The notes under the pieces: generated by a model
What the model was told of the DNA's origin: nothing
The model's input: the letters and a program-made list of their open reading frames with translations, nothing else
Databases searched by the model: none
Program-made: the position numbers and the translations under genes
Shown here: positions 11,484 through 23,218 of the stretch, piece by piece
How the letters are laid out: every line of letters begins with the position of its first letter
Numbering within the stretch: the first letter of the stretch is position 1
Assembly (NCBI RefSeq): GCF_044704955.1
Contig: NC_091990.1
Coordinates: 156,612,001 to 156,676,000, forward strand
Direction of reading: 5' to 3'
DNA length: 64,000 bases
Source of the DNA: Pristiophorus japonicus
Lineage: Eukaryota

Positions 11484-14076
11484 ATAGAAACATAGAAACA
11501 TAGAAAATAGGTGCAGCAGCAGGCCATTCGGCCCTTCAAGCCTGCACCAATATTCAATAAGATCATGGCTGATCATGCAACTTCAGTACCCCACTCCTGC
11601 CTTCTCTCCATACTCCCTGATCCCTTTAGCCGTAAGGGCCACATCTAACTCCCTTTTGAATATATCCAACGAACTGGACTCAACAACTTTCTGTAGTAGA
11701 AAATTTCACTGGTTCACAATTCTCTGGGTGAAAAAGTTTCTCCTCATCTCGGTCCTATATGGCTTACCCCTTATCCTTAGACTGTGACCCCAGTTCTGGA
11801 ATTCCCTAACTTCGGGAACATTCTTCCTGCATCTAACCTGTCCAATCCTGTCAGAAGTTTATATGCTTCTATGAGATCCCCTCTCATTCTTCTAAATTCC
11901 TGTGAATATAAGCCTAGTCGATCCAGTCTTTCTTCATATGTCAGTCCTGCCATCCCGGGAATCAGTCTGGTGAACCTTCGCTGCACTCCCTCAATAGCAA
12001 GAATGTCCTTCCTCAGATTAGGAGACCAAAACTGCACACAATACTCAAGGTGGGGTCTCACCAAGGCCCTGCACAACTGCAACAAGTCCTCCCTGCTCCG
12101 ATACTCAAATCCTCTTGCTATGAAGGCCAACATGCCATTTGATTTCTTAACTGCCTGCTGTACCTGCATGCCTACTTCAAATGACTGATGTACCATGACA
12201 CCCAGGTCTCGTTGCACCTCCCCTTTTACTAATCTGTCACCATTCAGATAATAATCTGCCTTCCTGTTTTTGCCAACAAAGTGGATAACCTCACACTTAT
12301 CCACATTATACTGCATCTGCCATGCATTTGCCCACTCACCTAACCTGTCCAAGTTACCCTGCAGCCTCTTAGCATCCTCCTCACAGCTCACACTGCCACC
12401 TAGCTTAGTGTCATCTGCAAACTTGGAGATATTACATTCAATTCCTTCATCTAAATCATTAATATATATTGTAAATAGCTGGGGTCCCAGCACTGAACTT
12501 TGTGGTATCCCACTAGTCACTGCCTGCCATTCTGAAAAGGACCCGTTTATTCCCACTCTTTGCTTCCTGTCTGCGAACCAGTTCTCTATCCACGTCAATA
12601 CATTACCCTCAATCCCATGTGCCTTAATTGTGCACACTAATCTCTTGTGTGGGACCTTGTCAAAAGTCTTTTGAAAATCCAAATACACCACATCCACTGG
12701 TTCTCCCTTATCCATTCTACTAGTTACATCCTCAAAAAACTCTAGAAGATTTGTCAAGCGTGATTTCCCTTTCATAAATCCATGCTGACTTGGACCTATC
12801 CTGTCACTGCTTTCCAAATGCGCTGCTATTACATCTTTACTAATTGATTCCAGCATTTCCCCCACTACTGATGTCAGGCTAACCGGTCTTTAATTCCCTG
12901 TTTTCTGTCTCCCTCCTTTTTTAAAAAGTGGGGTTACATTAGCTACCCTCCAATCCATCGGAACTGACCCAGAGTCCATGGAATGTTGGAAAATGACCAC
13001 CAATGCATCTACTATTTCTAGGGCCACTTCCTTCAGTACTCTGGGAATGCAGACTATCAGGCCCTGGGGATTTATCGGCCTTCAATCCCATCAATTTCCC
13101 TAACACCATTTCCTGACTAATAAGGATTTCCCTCAGTTCCCTCAGTTCCACCTTCTCTAGTATTTTCGGGAGGTTATTTGTGTCTTCCTTAGTGAAGACA
13201 GAACAAAAGTATTTGTTCAATTGGTCTGCCATTTCTTTGTTCCCCATTATGAATTCTTCTGATTCTGACTGCAAGGGACCTACATTAGTCTTCACTAATC
13301 TTTTTCTCTTCACATATCTATAGAAGCTTTTGCAGTCAGTTTTTATGTTCCCTGCAAGCTTACTCTCATATTCTATTTCCCCCCTCCTAATTAGACCCTT
13401 AGTGCTCCTCTGTTGAATTCTAAATTTCTCCCAGTCCTCAGGTTTGCTGCTTTTTCTGGCCAATTTATATGCCTCTTCCTTGGATTTAACACTTTCCCTA
13501 ATTTCCCTTGTTAGCCAACGTTGAGCCACCTTCCCCGTTTTATTTTTACGCCAGATAGGGATGTACAATTGTTGTAGTTCATCCATGTGCTCTTTAAATG
13601 TCTGCCATTGCCTATCTAACATCAACCCTTTAAGTATCATTCTCCAAGCTATCCTAGCCAATTCATGTCTCATAACATCGAAGTTACCTTTCTTTATTTC
13701 AGGACCCTAGTCTCTGAATTAACTGTGTCACTCTCCATCTTAATTAAGAATTCTACCATTTTATGATCACTCTTCCCCAAGGGGCCTCGCATGACAAGAT
13801 TGCTAATTAATCCTCTCTCATTACACATGACCCAATCTAGGATGTCCTGCTCTCTAGTTGGTTCCTCGACATATTGGTCTAGAAAACCATCCCTTATACA
13901 CTCCAGGAAATCTTCCTCCACAGTATTGCTACCAATTTGGTTAGCCCAATCTATATATAGATTAAAGTCACCCACGATAACTGCTATACCTTTATTGCAC
14001 ACATACCTAATTTCCTGTTTGATGCCATCCCGAACCTCACTACTACTGTTTAGTGGTCTGTACACAACTCCCACTA
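11484..14076 (-). mobile_element. CR1 LINE, 5'-truncated ORF2 (endonuclease C-terminus + RT)
   Basis: ORFs 13694..14083 (VVYRP, GDFN, SDH), 12939..13673, 11777..12865 (YLDFQK, PQ.S.LGP, FADD); (GTTTCTAT)n tail. Confidence 0.95.
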
Positions 14077-14089
14077 CTCCCACAACTCC

Positions 14090-14126
14090 AGTTCTGATGA
14101 AGGGTCATCTACCCAAAACGTTAACT
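14090..14126 (+). ncRNA. Degenerate type I minimal hammerhead ribozyme motif (probably inactive)
   Basis: AGTT-CTGATGA-A-GGGT/CATCT/ACCC-AAAAC-GTT^AACT; GAAA core reads AAAA. Confidence 0.5.
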
Positions 14127-14604
14127 CTGCTTTCTCTCCACAGATGCTGCCTGACCCACTGAGATTTCCAGCATTTTCTGTTTTTATTCCAGAAACCAGC
14201 ATCCACAGCATTTTGCTTTTGTAATAATTAGAGTTACTCGTTTTTAAAAATCATATTCAGCCCTCGTCTTTCATACTCGTGCGTAGTTAACCTGGCAAGA
14301 AGGTAATAAGTTAAGAGTTCAGCATGCAGGACTAACAATTTGTGTAGAAAGAGATACCAGATATGAATTTACAACAAGGTGGCATCAGATCTAAAATAAA
14401 TGGAGATCTTTTATAAAAAGATTTGGGATATTACCAAAAAGGTGCATCAACAAATAAGCTGTGACTATACAACACATTTTAGACATGATTTTCAGTTTTG
14501 CTGGAATCCTGGTGCAATTTTGGTGCAGAAGTTCGATCTGCCCCAATGGTCCAATCCTGACCGATTTTCTGGGGTCAAAGTAATTACCATATTTTAGATG
14601 AAAG

Positions 14605-15069
14605 AACAATTTGCATTTATATAGCGCCTTTTACAAGCTCAGCACATCTCAAAGTACTTTACAGTCAATGAAGTACCTTTGAAGTGCAGTCACTGTTGTA
14701 ATGCAGGGACTAACAGCAGCCAAATGGCAAACAACAAGATCCCACAAATGGCAATGAGATCATGACTAGATAATGTGGGGTTTTTTGTGATCGAGGGATG
14801 AATATTGGCCAGGCCACTGGGGAGAACCCTTCCCGCCCCTACTCTTCTTCATGTAGTGCCATGGGATCTTTTATGTCCACCTGAAAGGGCAGACAGGGCC
14901 TTGGTTCAACTTCTTAACCAAAAGACGGCACCTCCAACAGTGCAGCACTCCCTTAATGCTGCACTGAAGTGTCAACTTGGATTATGTGCTCAAGTCTTTG
15001 GAGTGTGACTTGAACCCGCAACTTTCTGATTCAGAAGTGAGAGTGCCACCACTGAGCCAAGGCTGACAC
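14605..15069 (-). mobile_element. tRNA-derived Deu-domain SINE (SacSINE1/AmnSINE1-like), near full length
   Basis: A-box TGGCTCAGTGG and B-box GGTTCAAGTC; Deu core GGAGGTGCCGTCTTT...AAAAGATCCCATGGCACTA; L2-like tail GGCGCTATATAAATGCAA. 3' fragments also near 4830-4985, 24435-24537 and 25883-25992. Confidence 0.8.
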
Positions 15070-15586
15070 CTATATGAGGTGTGCTTCCTGCCTCAGTCAG
15101 GGTGCCTGTGTGGGGGTAGAGAGAAGGAAAATGGCTATAGCAGGTTGCAGGTACCTAACACAGAGCAGCTTGGCTGGAAGCCTCCAGAGCTGGCCTCAAT
15201 TTTCAAAAAGACAATTCTGTCTTAGCCTATGTTATTAACTGTATGAGCTGAGAGACAGTACTTCAAATTTTAAACACCACATTCCCCCACAGAGGTAGAA
15301 AACCTGGATGCCAGGAATGCACAGGGCACTCCTAGATGTTATCATAGCATTATTGAAAGGAAATCCGATATATGACATATTCCGTTGGAGTGTCTTTGTC
15401 ACTACTACATTGGCTACAAGATGAGCGAAGAGATTTCTTACTGACTTTTGTCTACATTTAAACCCAGGAAGTAGAGATTAACAGCATTGTTCTAACCACA
15501 GTCTCCTCTATGAAGTGACTGTATGAAACAGAACTGGGCAAATTGTCTATCCTGTTATGAACATCACCACTCAGAATTAAAGTTAC

Positions 15587-15736
15587 CTTGCTGATTTCAA
15601 ATCCGAACACTTCCTCAAAGTAGGCAGGTTGGCTAATCAGTAGCAAGTAGAAAGTCCAGCTTCTACAGAAGTTTGCCACAATTATTGCATAGACTGGCAT
15701 AGAGGTAAAGAACTTTCTCCATGGTGTCTTGTATTT
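15587..15736 (-). CDS. SLC17A6: VGLUT2-like exon 8 ([50 protein letters not shown])
   Basis: Overlaps ORF 15458..15700; TTTTAG acceptor, GTAACT donor; 150 nt. Confidence 0.95.
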
Positions 15737-15872
15737 CTAAAAAAAAGTACAAACCTAATCAAATTTTAGTCACTGTTAAATTGGGGTGTGCACCAGTCAA
15801 TTTTATTACATCGAGTCCATTTATGAATCAAATTCCATTCACTGTGATAAAATCAGAAAATGGTATCACACC

Positions 15873-15982
15873 CAATCCTCCCTCTAAGCTGCGTGCCTGC
15901 ACCACCACGCAGCAATCGGGAAGGTATCGCACAGGCCGCTCACAAGCTGTTCCCTCTAAGATACCGCATGCGGGGAACATTG
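15873..15982. mobile_element. Small hAT-like MITE (~110 bp)
   Basis: Imperfect TIR CAATCCTCCC / GGGGAACATTG; internal repeat TCCCTCTAAG; possible decayed 8-bp TSD (5/8 match). Confidence 0.35.
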
Positions 15983-16669
15983 ACCAGAACTAGAGTCCGT
16001 GAGGAAGAAGTCCTTGCCTTTCCTCCAAATCCATTGACCGACTACACGTGCTAATAGCCTGCAGATTAAGACCTCCGTACATCTAACCAACTGATTTTTG
16101 TAAAACAAAATGGTAAATATATGTTGGCTAATGGAAGTATCAAATGATCAACAACAAATTTACACAAAGATTTTTTTTTACAAGCTTGGAACATGACTAT
16201 TTAATTACCAGCTGGCTGCTCTACACTATTGCTTTTAACAGGTGAAAACTAATAGAAAATGGCAGAAACTCAGTTCTACCTCAACTGTTTTTGTCTTCTG
16301 TTATTTATAAGTTATTTTGGGAAGAACCTTCATGCCGCTGTGGTGAGCAAATCACCAATTCTCTGGCAAATCAAAACGGTGAGAAATAAATATCATCGTC
16401 ACATTTTGATTATTTCATTCCAGAGCTGTAATTTTTTAATCTTTTTTCTAAATAATGACTTTGTGATCAACTAATCGAATAATTACTATAGAATCTTACC
16501 ATTTAGATGGGTTTTTTTGATGTCTGAAGATACAATTTCAAGTTTATTTTTCTTCTCATTCTAATTGAATTGCTATTAATAAATAAAGCCCCGTACTCTC
16601 AGAATGTAATAAGTAGGTAGAATTATAGTGTTATGTTAATATTATGCTGGGTACTATTCTTCTTTAGTC

Positions 16670-16895
16670 TGCATTGGTCCTAGCCTCTGGAATTCCCTCC
16701 CTAAATCTCTCCAACTCTCTACTTCTCTTTCCTCCTTTAAGTCTGTCCTTAAAACCTACCTCTTCAAACAAGCTTTTGGTCATCTGCCCTAATATTTCCT
16801 TATATGGCTCGGTATCAATTTTTTTTCAATAACACTCCTGTGAAATGCCTTGGGATGTTTTATTATGTTACAGGTGCTATATAAATGTAAGTTGT
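16670..16895 (+). mobile_element. L2 LINE 3' end
   Basis: CTCTGGAATTCCCTCCCTAAA...GGTGCTATATAAATGTAAGTTG, same as the 3' end of the 18620 element. Confidence 0.75.
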
Positions 16896-17494
16896 TATAT
16901 AGCAATAACACTGCTTAATGATAAATAACCAAGATTAAAAACTATAATCTATGTTGAAATATAAAATATCTTGTGGGTAGAATCCATGTCCCAGTATTCC
17001 ATTGGACAGTGTGTTGCTATAACAACTTATTGTGACAAAGAACCAGGAAGTTGTTCTTTTGTAAATGTTTGGTGTGCTATCAAATACCTTTCATTCTGCT
17101 AAATCAATTTTTAAAGACTCAGAAATGCCAAGTTTTCTATATTTTGGCTACTGCAAATGTCATTCCTGCACATCTTGTGTCACAGTGTAGCAGTTCCAGA
17201 ATTATAGCAACTCAAAATGTACAACATCACATGTTTGGCATCTTACACTGAACATAAATCCACCTTAAGGAGATCAACTCACACCATTAAAACATTTTAT
17301 ATCCATCAATCAGTATAAAGCGAACCTTTTAAATGACTACGTTAAGGTAATAGAAAATATCCATACAATCTGTTACACCAGCTTCAAGTTTCTAATGTTA
17401 GGCAAGAGCTATTGGAAAAGTCAGGATATTTTCTTCTCATCAAAAATTTCAACAGCCAGTGAAAAGAGTTTTGTCCACATTTTGAATATGTGTT

Positions 17495-17635
17495 GAACTG
17501 TGTGCAGAACTCAGTGTATATGTTTAAGTATGTAAGGGCAGAGCTCTGTATGTATGTTCCTGTATGTAAGTATAAAGCTCTGTACTTGTGTTAAAATATG
17601 TATGCTTAAAGCTCAGTACATATTTTAAAATACCC
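17495..17635. repeat. 34-bp degenerate minisatellite, piece 1
   Basis: CAGAGCTC-like motif at 17505, 17539, 17573, 17607. Confidence 0.75.
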
Positions 17636-17639
17636 CTGT

Positions 17640-18527
17640 ATAAGAACATAAGAAAAAGGAGCGGGAGTAGGCCATATGGCCCCTCAAGCCTGCTTTACCA
17701 TTCAATAAGATCATGGCTGATTTACACAACTCCACTTATTCACCTTATCCCCACATCCCTTGATACTCTTAGTGCCCAAAAATCTATCGATCTCAGTCTT
17801 GAATATGCTCATCGTCTGAGTATCCACAGTCCTCTGGGGTAGAGAATTCCAAAGATTCACAACTCTCTGAGTGAAGACATTTCTCCTCATCTCAGTCCTA
17901 AATGGTCAACGCCGTATCCTAAAACTGTGCCCCCTGGTTCTAGATTCTCCAGCCTGGGGAAACAGCCTCTCAGCATCTACCCTGTCAAACCCTCTAAAAA
18001 TTTTAAATGTTTCAATGAGATCAGCTCTCATTCTTCTAAACTCCAGAGAATATAGGCCCATTCTACTCAATCCTTCCTCATAGGACAGCCCTCTCATCAC
18101 AGGAATCAATTTAATGAACCTTTGTTGCACCCTCTCTAAGGCAAGTATATTCTTCCATAGGTAAGGAGATCAAAACTGTACACAGTACTCCAGGTGTGGT
18201 CTCACAAAGGCTCATTATAATTGTAGAAAGTCTTCCTTACTTTTATACTCCGACCCCCTTGCAATAAAGGCTAATTTGCCTTCCTAATTGTTTGCTGTAC
18301 CCGCTTGTTCAATTTCTGTGATTTGTGTACAATGACCCCCAAATCCCTCTGCATACCAAGATTTACTAGACTCTCACTTTTGAAAAATATATTCTGCTTT
18401 TCCTTCTTCCTAAAAAGTGGATAATTTCAGACTTCTCCACATTATATTCCATCTACCATCTTCTTACCGAATTACGTTGCAGCCTCTTTGCGTCCTCCTC
18501 ACAACTTACATTCCCATCTAACTTTGT
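17640..18527 (-). mobile_element. CR1 LINE 3' fragment
   Basis: ORF 17906..18130 (GLSYEEGL..GLYSLEFRRMRADLIE); ATAAGAAC-type tail. Confidence 0.9.
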
Positions 18528-18620
18528 AGTATGAATCTGCAGAGCTTGGTACACATGTTAAAGTATGTATGCACAGAGCTCAGTACACACTTCGAAGTAT
18601 GTATACACAGAGGTCAGTGT
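18528..18620. repeat. 34-bp minisatellite, piece 2
   Basis: CAGAG motif at 18540, 18574, 18608. Confidence 0.75.
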
Positions 18621-19364
18621 AATGATATGCTATGTGACTATGACGGTGGTAAACTATCCCTCATCCTGCTTGACCAGTCTGCAGCCTTTCACACAGTTGT
18701 TCACACCATCCTCCTCCAATGCCTCCCCTCCATCATCCAGCTGGGTGTGACTGCCCTCGCATGGCTCCATTTTTATCTATCCCATCATAGCCAGAGAATC
18801 ACCTGCAATGGCTTCTCAACCTGCTCCCACACCATTATCTCTGGTGTCCCCCAAGGATCTATCCTTGGTCCCTCCGATTTCTCATCTACATACTGTCCCT
18901 CAGTGACATCTTCCGAAAACACGGCGTCATTTTCTATAAGTATGCTGATGACACCCAGCTCTACCTCACCACCACCTCTCTCAACCCCTCCACTGTCTCT
19001 AATTTGTCACACTGCTTGTCCAACCTCCAATACTGGATGAGAAGAATAAATATTGGGAAGACCAAATAAATTGTCTTTGGTCCCAGCCACAACCTGCATT
19101 CCCTAGCCACCGACTTCATCCCTCTCTCTGGCAACTATCTGAGGCTGAAGCAGACCGTTCGCAACCTTAGTGTCAAATTTCACCCTGAGATGAGCTTCCG
19201 CTCCATCATAAAATCTGCCTACTTCCACCTCCTTAGCATCGCCCAACTCTTCCCCACCCAGCTCATCTGCTGATGAAACGTTCGTCCATGCCTTTGCTAC
19301 TTCTAGACTTGGCTACTCCAATGCTCTCCTAGCTGGCTTCCCATCTTCCACCCTCTGCAAACTT

Positions 19365-20084
19365 GGGCCTAGAAATTGGCCTCCTCAGCGATTCCCGTTA
19401 TTGCTTCCAGGGGGTGATAATGGGACGCTAACCACTTACTAACCAGGCGCTGCAAGACGAACAACTCCCGCTAACTTCAGCAGGAGGTTTGCGGCAATGG
19501 TAGGACATTTTACCCCGATCTCCTTCATCCCGGAGATTGTGACATCATTGCCATGCATATCGCCTCAGAAGTACTCGGACCCGAACTTCGGTTCCATCCC
19601 CTGCAGCATCGCCGGACGAAAACACCGGATGCTGTAGGTGACGTTGATCGGGAGGCGGGGCACTTCGGGGGCAAAAATTAAAGGTGAGGAGGCTGAAGTT
19701 AAAAAAAAATTCAAAAGTGGTGGTTCTTATTTTTTTTAGATTCCTCTTCGGCTGCAATCGATCAGCCTGGAACTCTGCTGCAGTGCATCAGGCTGATCGG
19801 GTCGGATCGTGGCTGCAGTCGGGAACCAGGTAAGTGGTTCCAATACAGGGCTTACAGCGATGGCCCTTCCCTTTACGGGAGAGAAGGAACCTCCGAACAT
19901 GGCAGCGCTGCACGGCCCAGTGTGCAGCGTTGCACAACTACCTCCCCGCCTGCATCCGATTGTGCTGCAGGAAGGATGTGGAGCACTTGATTTAGCACTT
20001 TACTTCCTTCCTGGAGCGCAAACACCACATTTTTTCAAAGTTGACATTTTTTCAACTTGTAAAAGCGCTCTCAAATTTCTCCCT
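19365..20084. mobile_element. Harbinger-like MITE inserted in the L2
   Basis: CTT TSD (19362-19364 / 20085-20087) restores L2 AAACTTGAGGTC; degenerate TIR GGGCCTAGAAATT / AATTTCTCCCT. Confidence 0.65.
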
Positions 20085-20535
20085 CTTGAGGTCATCCAAA
20101 ACTCTGCACCAAATTCTGTACACCCATCTCCCCTGTGCTTGCTGACCAAATTGGCTCTCGGTCCAGCAACGCCTCAATTTTAAAATTTGCATCCTTATTT
20201 TCAATTTGTCCATGGCCTTGCCCCTCCCTGTCTCTGTAACCTCTTCCAGCGCTCTGAGATCGCGGCGCTCCTCAAATTATGTCCTCTTGTGCATCCCCGA
20301 TTTTAATCGCTCCACCATTGGTGCATGCCTTCTGCTGCCTCGGCCCTAAGCTCTGGAATTCCCTCCCTAAAACTCTCCGTCTCTCTAACTCACTCTCCTC
20401 CTTTAAGATGCTCCTTAAAACGTACATCTTTGACTAAACTTTTGGTCATCTGTCCTAATATCTCCTTATGTGGCTCAGTGTGAAATTTTATTTGATAACG
20501 CTCTTGTTAAGTGTCATGGTATGTTTTACTATGTT

Positions 20536-22635
20536 ATAGAAACATAGAAAATAGGTGCAGGAGTAGGCCATTCGGTCCTTCAAGCCTGCACCACCATTCA
20601 ATAAGATCATGGCTGATCATTCCCTCAGTACCCCTTTCCCGTTTTCTCTCCATACCCCTTGATCCCCTGAGCCATAAGGGCCATATCTAACTCCCTCTTG
20701 AATATATCCAATGAACTGGCATCAACAACTCTCGGCGGTAGGGAATTCCACAGGTGAACAACTCTCTGAGTGAAGAAGTTTCTTCTCATCTCAGTCCTAA
20801 ATGGCTTACCCCTTATCCTAAGACTGTGTCCCCTGGTTCTGGACTTCCCCAACATTGGGAACATTCTTCCCGCATCTAACCTGTCCAGTTCCGTCAGATT
20901 TTGGACGTTTCTATGAGATCCCCTCTCATCCTTCTAAACTCCAGTGAATAAAGGCCCAGTTGATCCAGTCTCTCCTCATATGTCAGTCCAGCCATCCCTG
21001 GAATCAGCCTGGTGAACCTTCGCTGCACTCCCTCAATAGCAAGAACGCCCTTCCTCAGATTAGGAGACCAAAACTGAACACAATATTCCAGGTGAGGTCT
21101 CACCAAGGCCGTGTACAACTGCAGTAAGACCTCCCTGCTCCTATACTCAAATCCCCTAGCTATGAAGGCCAACATACCATTTGCCTTCTTCACCACCTGC
21201 TGTACCTGCATGCCAACTTTCAATGACTGATGAACCATGACACCCAGGTCTCGTTGCACCTCCCCTTTTCCTAATCTGCCGCCATTCAGATAATATTCTG
21301 CCTTCGTGTTTTTGCCCCCAAAGTGAATAACCTCACATTTATCCACATTATACTGCATCTGCCATGCATTTGCCCACTCACTTAGCCTGTCCAAGTCACC
21401 CTGCAGCCTCTTAGCATCCTCCTCGCAGCTCACACCACCACCCAGCTTAGTGTCATCTGCAAACTTGTAGATATTACACTCAATTCCTTCATCTAAATCA
21501 TTCATGTATATTGTAAAAAGTTGGAGTCCCAGCACTGAGCCCTGCGGCACTCCACTAGTCACTGCCTGCCATTCTGAAAAGGACCCGTTTATCCCGACTC
21601 TCTGCTTCCTATCTGCCAATTAGTTCTCTATCCATGTCAGTACATTACCCCCAATAGCATGTACTTTGATTTTGCACACCAATCTCTTGTGTGGGACCTT
21701 GTCAAAAACCTTTTGAAAATCCAAATACACCACATCCACTGGTTCTCCCTTGTCCACTCTGCTAGTTACATCCTTAAAAAATTCCAGAAGATTCGTCAAG
21801 CATGATTTCCCTTTCATAAATCCATGCTGACTTGGACCGATCCTATCACTGCTTTCCAAATGCGCTGCTATTTCAGCCTTAATGATTGATTCCAACATTT
21901 TCCCCACTACTGATGTCAGGCTAACTGGTCTATAATTACCCGTTTTCTCTCTCCCTCCTTTTTTAAAAAGTGGTGTTACTTTAGTTACCCTCCAGTCCAT
22001 AGGAACTGATCCAGAGTCGATAGACTGTTGGAAAATGATCACCAATGCAGCTACTATTTCTAGGGCCACTTCCTTAAGTACCCTGGGATGCAGACTATCA
22101 GGCCCCAGGGATTTATCGGCCTTCAATCCCATCAATTTCCCGCCTAATAAGGATATCCTTCAGTTCCTCCTTCTCACCAGACCCTCGGTCCCCTAGTACA
22201 TCTGGAAGGTTATTTGTGTCTTCCTTCGTGAAGACAGAACAAAATTATTTGTTCCATTGGTCCGCCATTTCTTTGTTCCCCATTATAAATTCACCTGAAT
22301 CCAACTGCAAGGGACCTACATTTGTTTTCACTAATCTTTTTCTCTTCACATATCTATAGAAGCTTTTCCAGTCATTTTTTATGTTCCCAGCAAGCTTCCT
22401 CTATTACTCTATTTTCCCCCTCTTAATTAAACCCTTATTCCTCCTCTGCTGAATTTTAAATTTCTCCCAGTCCTCAGGTTTGCTGCTTTTTCTGGCCAAT
22501 TTATATGCCTCTTCCTTGAATTTAACATTATCCTTAATTTCCCTTGTTAGCCACGGTTGAGCCACCTTCCCCGTTTTATTTTTACTCCAGACAGGGATAT
22601 ACAATTGTTGAAGTTCACCCATGTGATCTTTAAAT
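20536..22635 (-). mobile_element. CR1 LINE, 5'-truncated, inserted in the L2 tail
   Basis: ORFs 22404..22622, 21620..22135, 20894..21619, 20625..20864; (GTTTCTAT)n tail. Confidence 0.95.
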
Positions 22636-22670
22636 TTATATAGGTGCTATATAAATGTACGTTGTTGTTG

Positions 22671-22990
22671 TGTTAAAGTACAGAAGCTCAGAGCTCAGTG
22701 CTAAAGTATGTATGCACAGAACGTATTGTATAAGTTAAAAATATGAAGGCCCAATATTCAATGCATGAATTTAAGTACGTATGCAAAAATCTTGGTGCAC
22801 ATATGTAAGAACAGATCTCTGCACATGTACTTCAGTATCGAAGTCCAGAGTCCTGTGCCCATGTTTCAGTATGTTGGACCAAATTTCTGTACATGTTTAA
22901 GTACATAGGTGCAGAGCACAAGGGACTTATAAAGTATGTATATAAAAGGTTCAACAAATGTGATTTTGTTTGCACAGAGCTTTGTGAATA
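22671..22990. repeat. 34-bp minisatellite, piece 3 (more decayed)
   Basis: Recurring AAGTATGTATGCACAGAGCTC-like units. Confidence 0.6.
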
Positions 22991-23075
22991 TCTTTGAGTA
23001 ATTTTACACACATTTGTATTTGTGTTTAATTAACTGAGATATATCTAAAAAATATACAGAATGAAATGTCCATAC

Positions 23076-23218
23076 ATCTATTCCTCCAACAAGGCTGGCA
23101 CTTTCACCAATGCTTTCTTCAATGTAGATACGCTCCTCGTCTGTGATAGTTGGATGTGCTGCAGGACTTTCGTAGGATACCAGAATCCAGAACATATACC
23201 ACACTATTCCAAAAGATC
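23076..23218 (-). CDS. SLC17A6: VGLUT2-like exon 7 ([47 protein letters not shown])
   Basis: Overlaps ORF 23004..23204; TAG acceptor, GTATG donor; 143 nt. Confidence 0.95.

Larger units (their letters stand above)
11250..14220 (+). mobile_element. Penelope-like terminal-repeat remnant (11250-11483 + 14085-14220) split by a CR1
   Basis: CTGATGAAGGG...AAACGTT hammerhead-like core followed by AGATGCTGCCTGACC...TTTCCAGCATTTTCTG; older related pieces on the minus strand near 3868-3905, 23410-23500 and 26810-26945. Confidence 0.6.
18621..22670 (+). mobile_element. L2 LINE (RT to 3' tail) interrupted by a MITE and a CR1
   Basis: LILLDQSAAFHTV...GVPQGSILGP (ORF 18531..19040), YADD-like TATGCTGATGAC; tail resumes at ~22638 GGTGCTATATAAATG...GTTGTTG. 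Confidence 0.85.

Noticed and set aside
17495-22990. 34-bp repeats as a CRISPR-like array
   Set aside because: Contiguous degenerate tandem units with no unique spacers, no cas genes, and vertebrate intron context.
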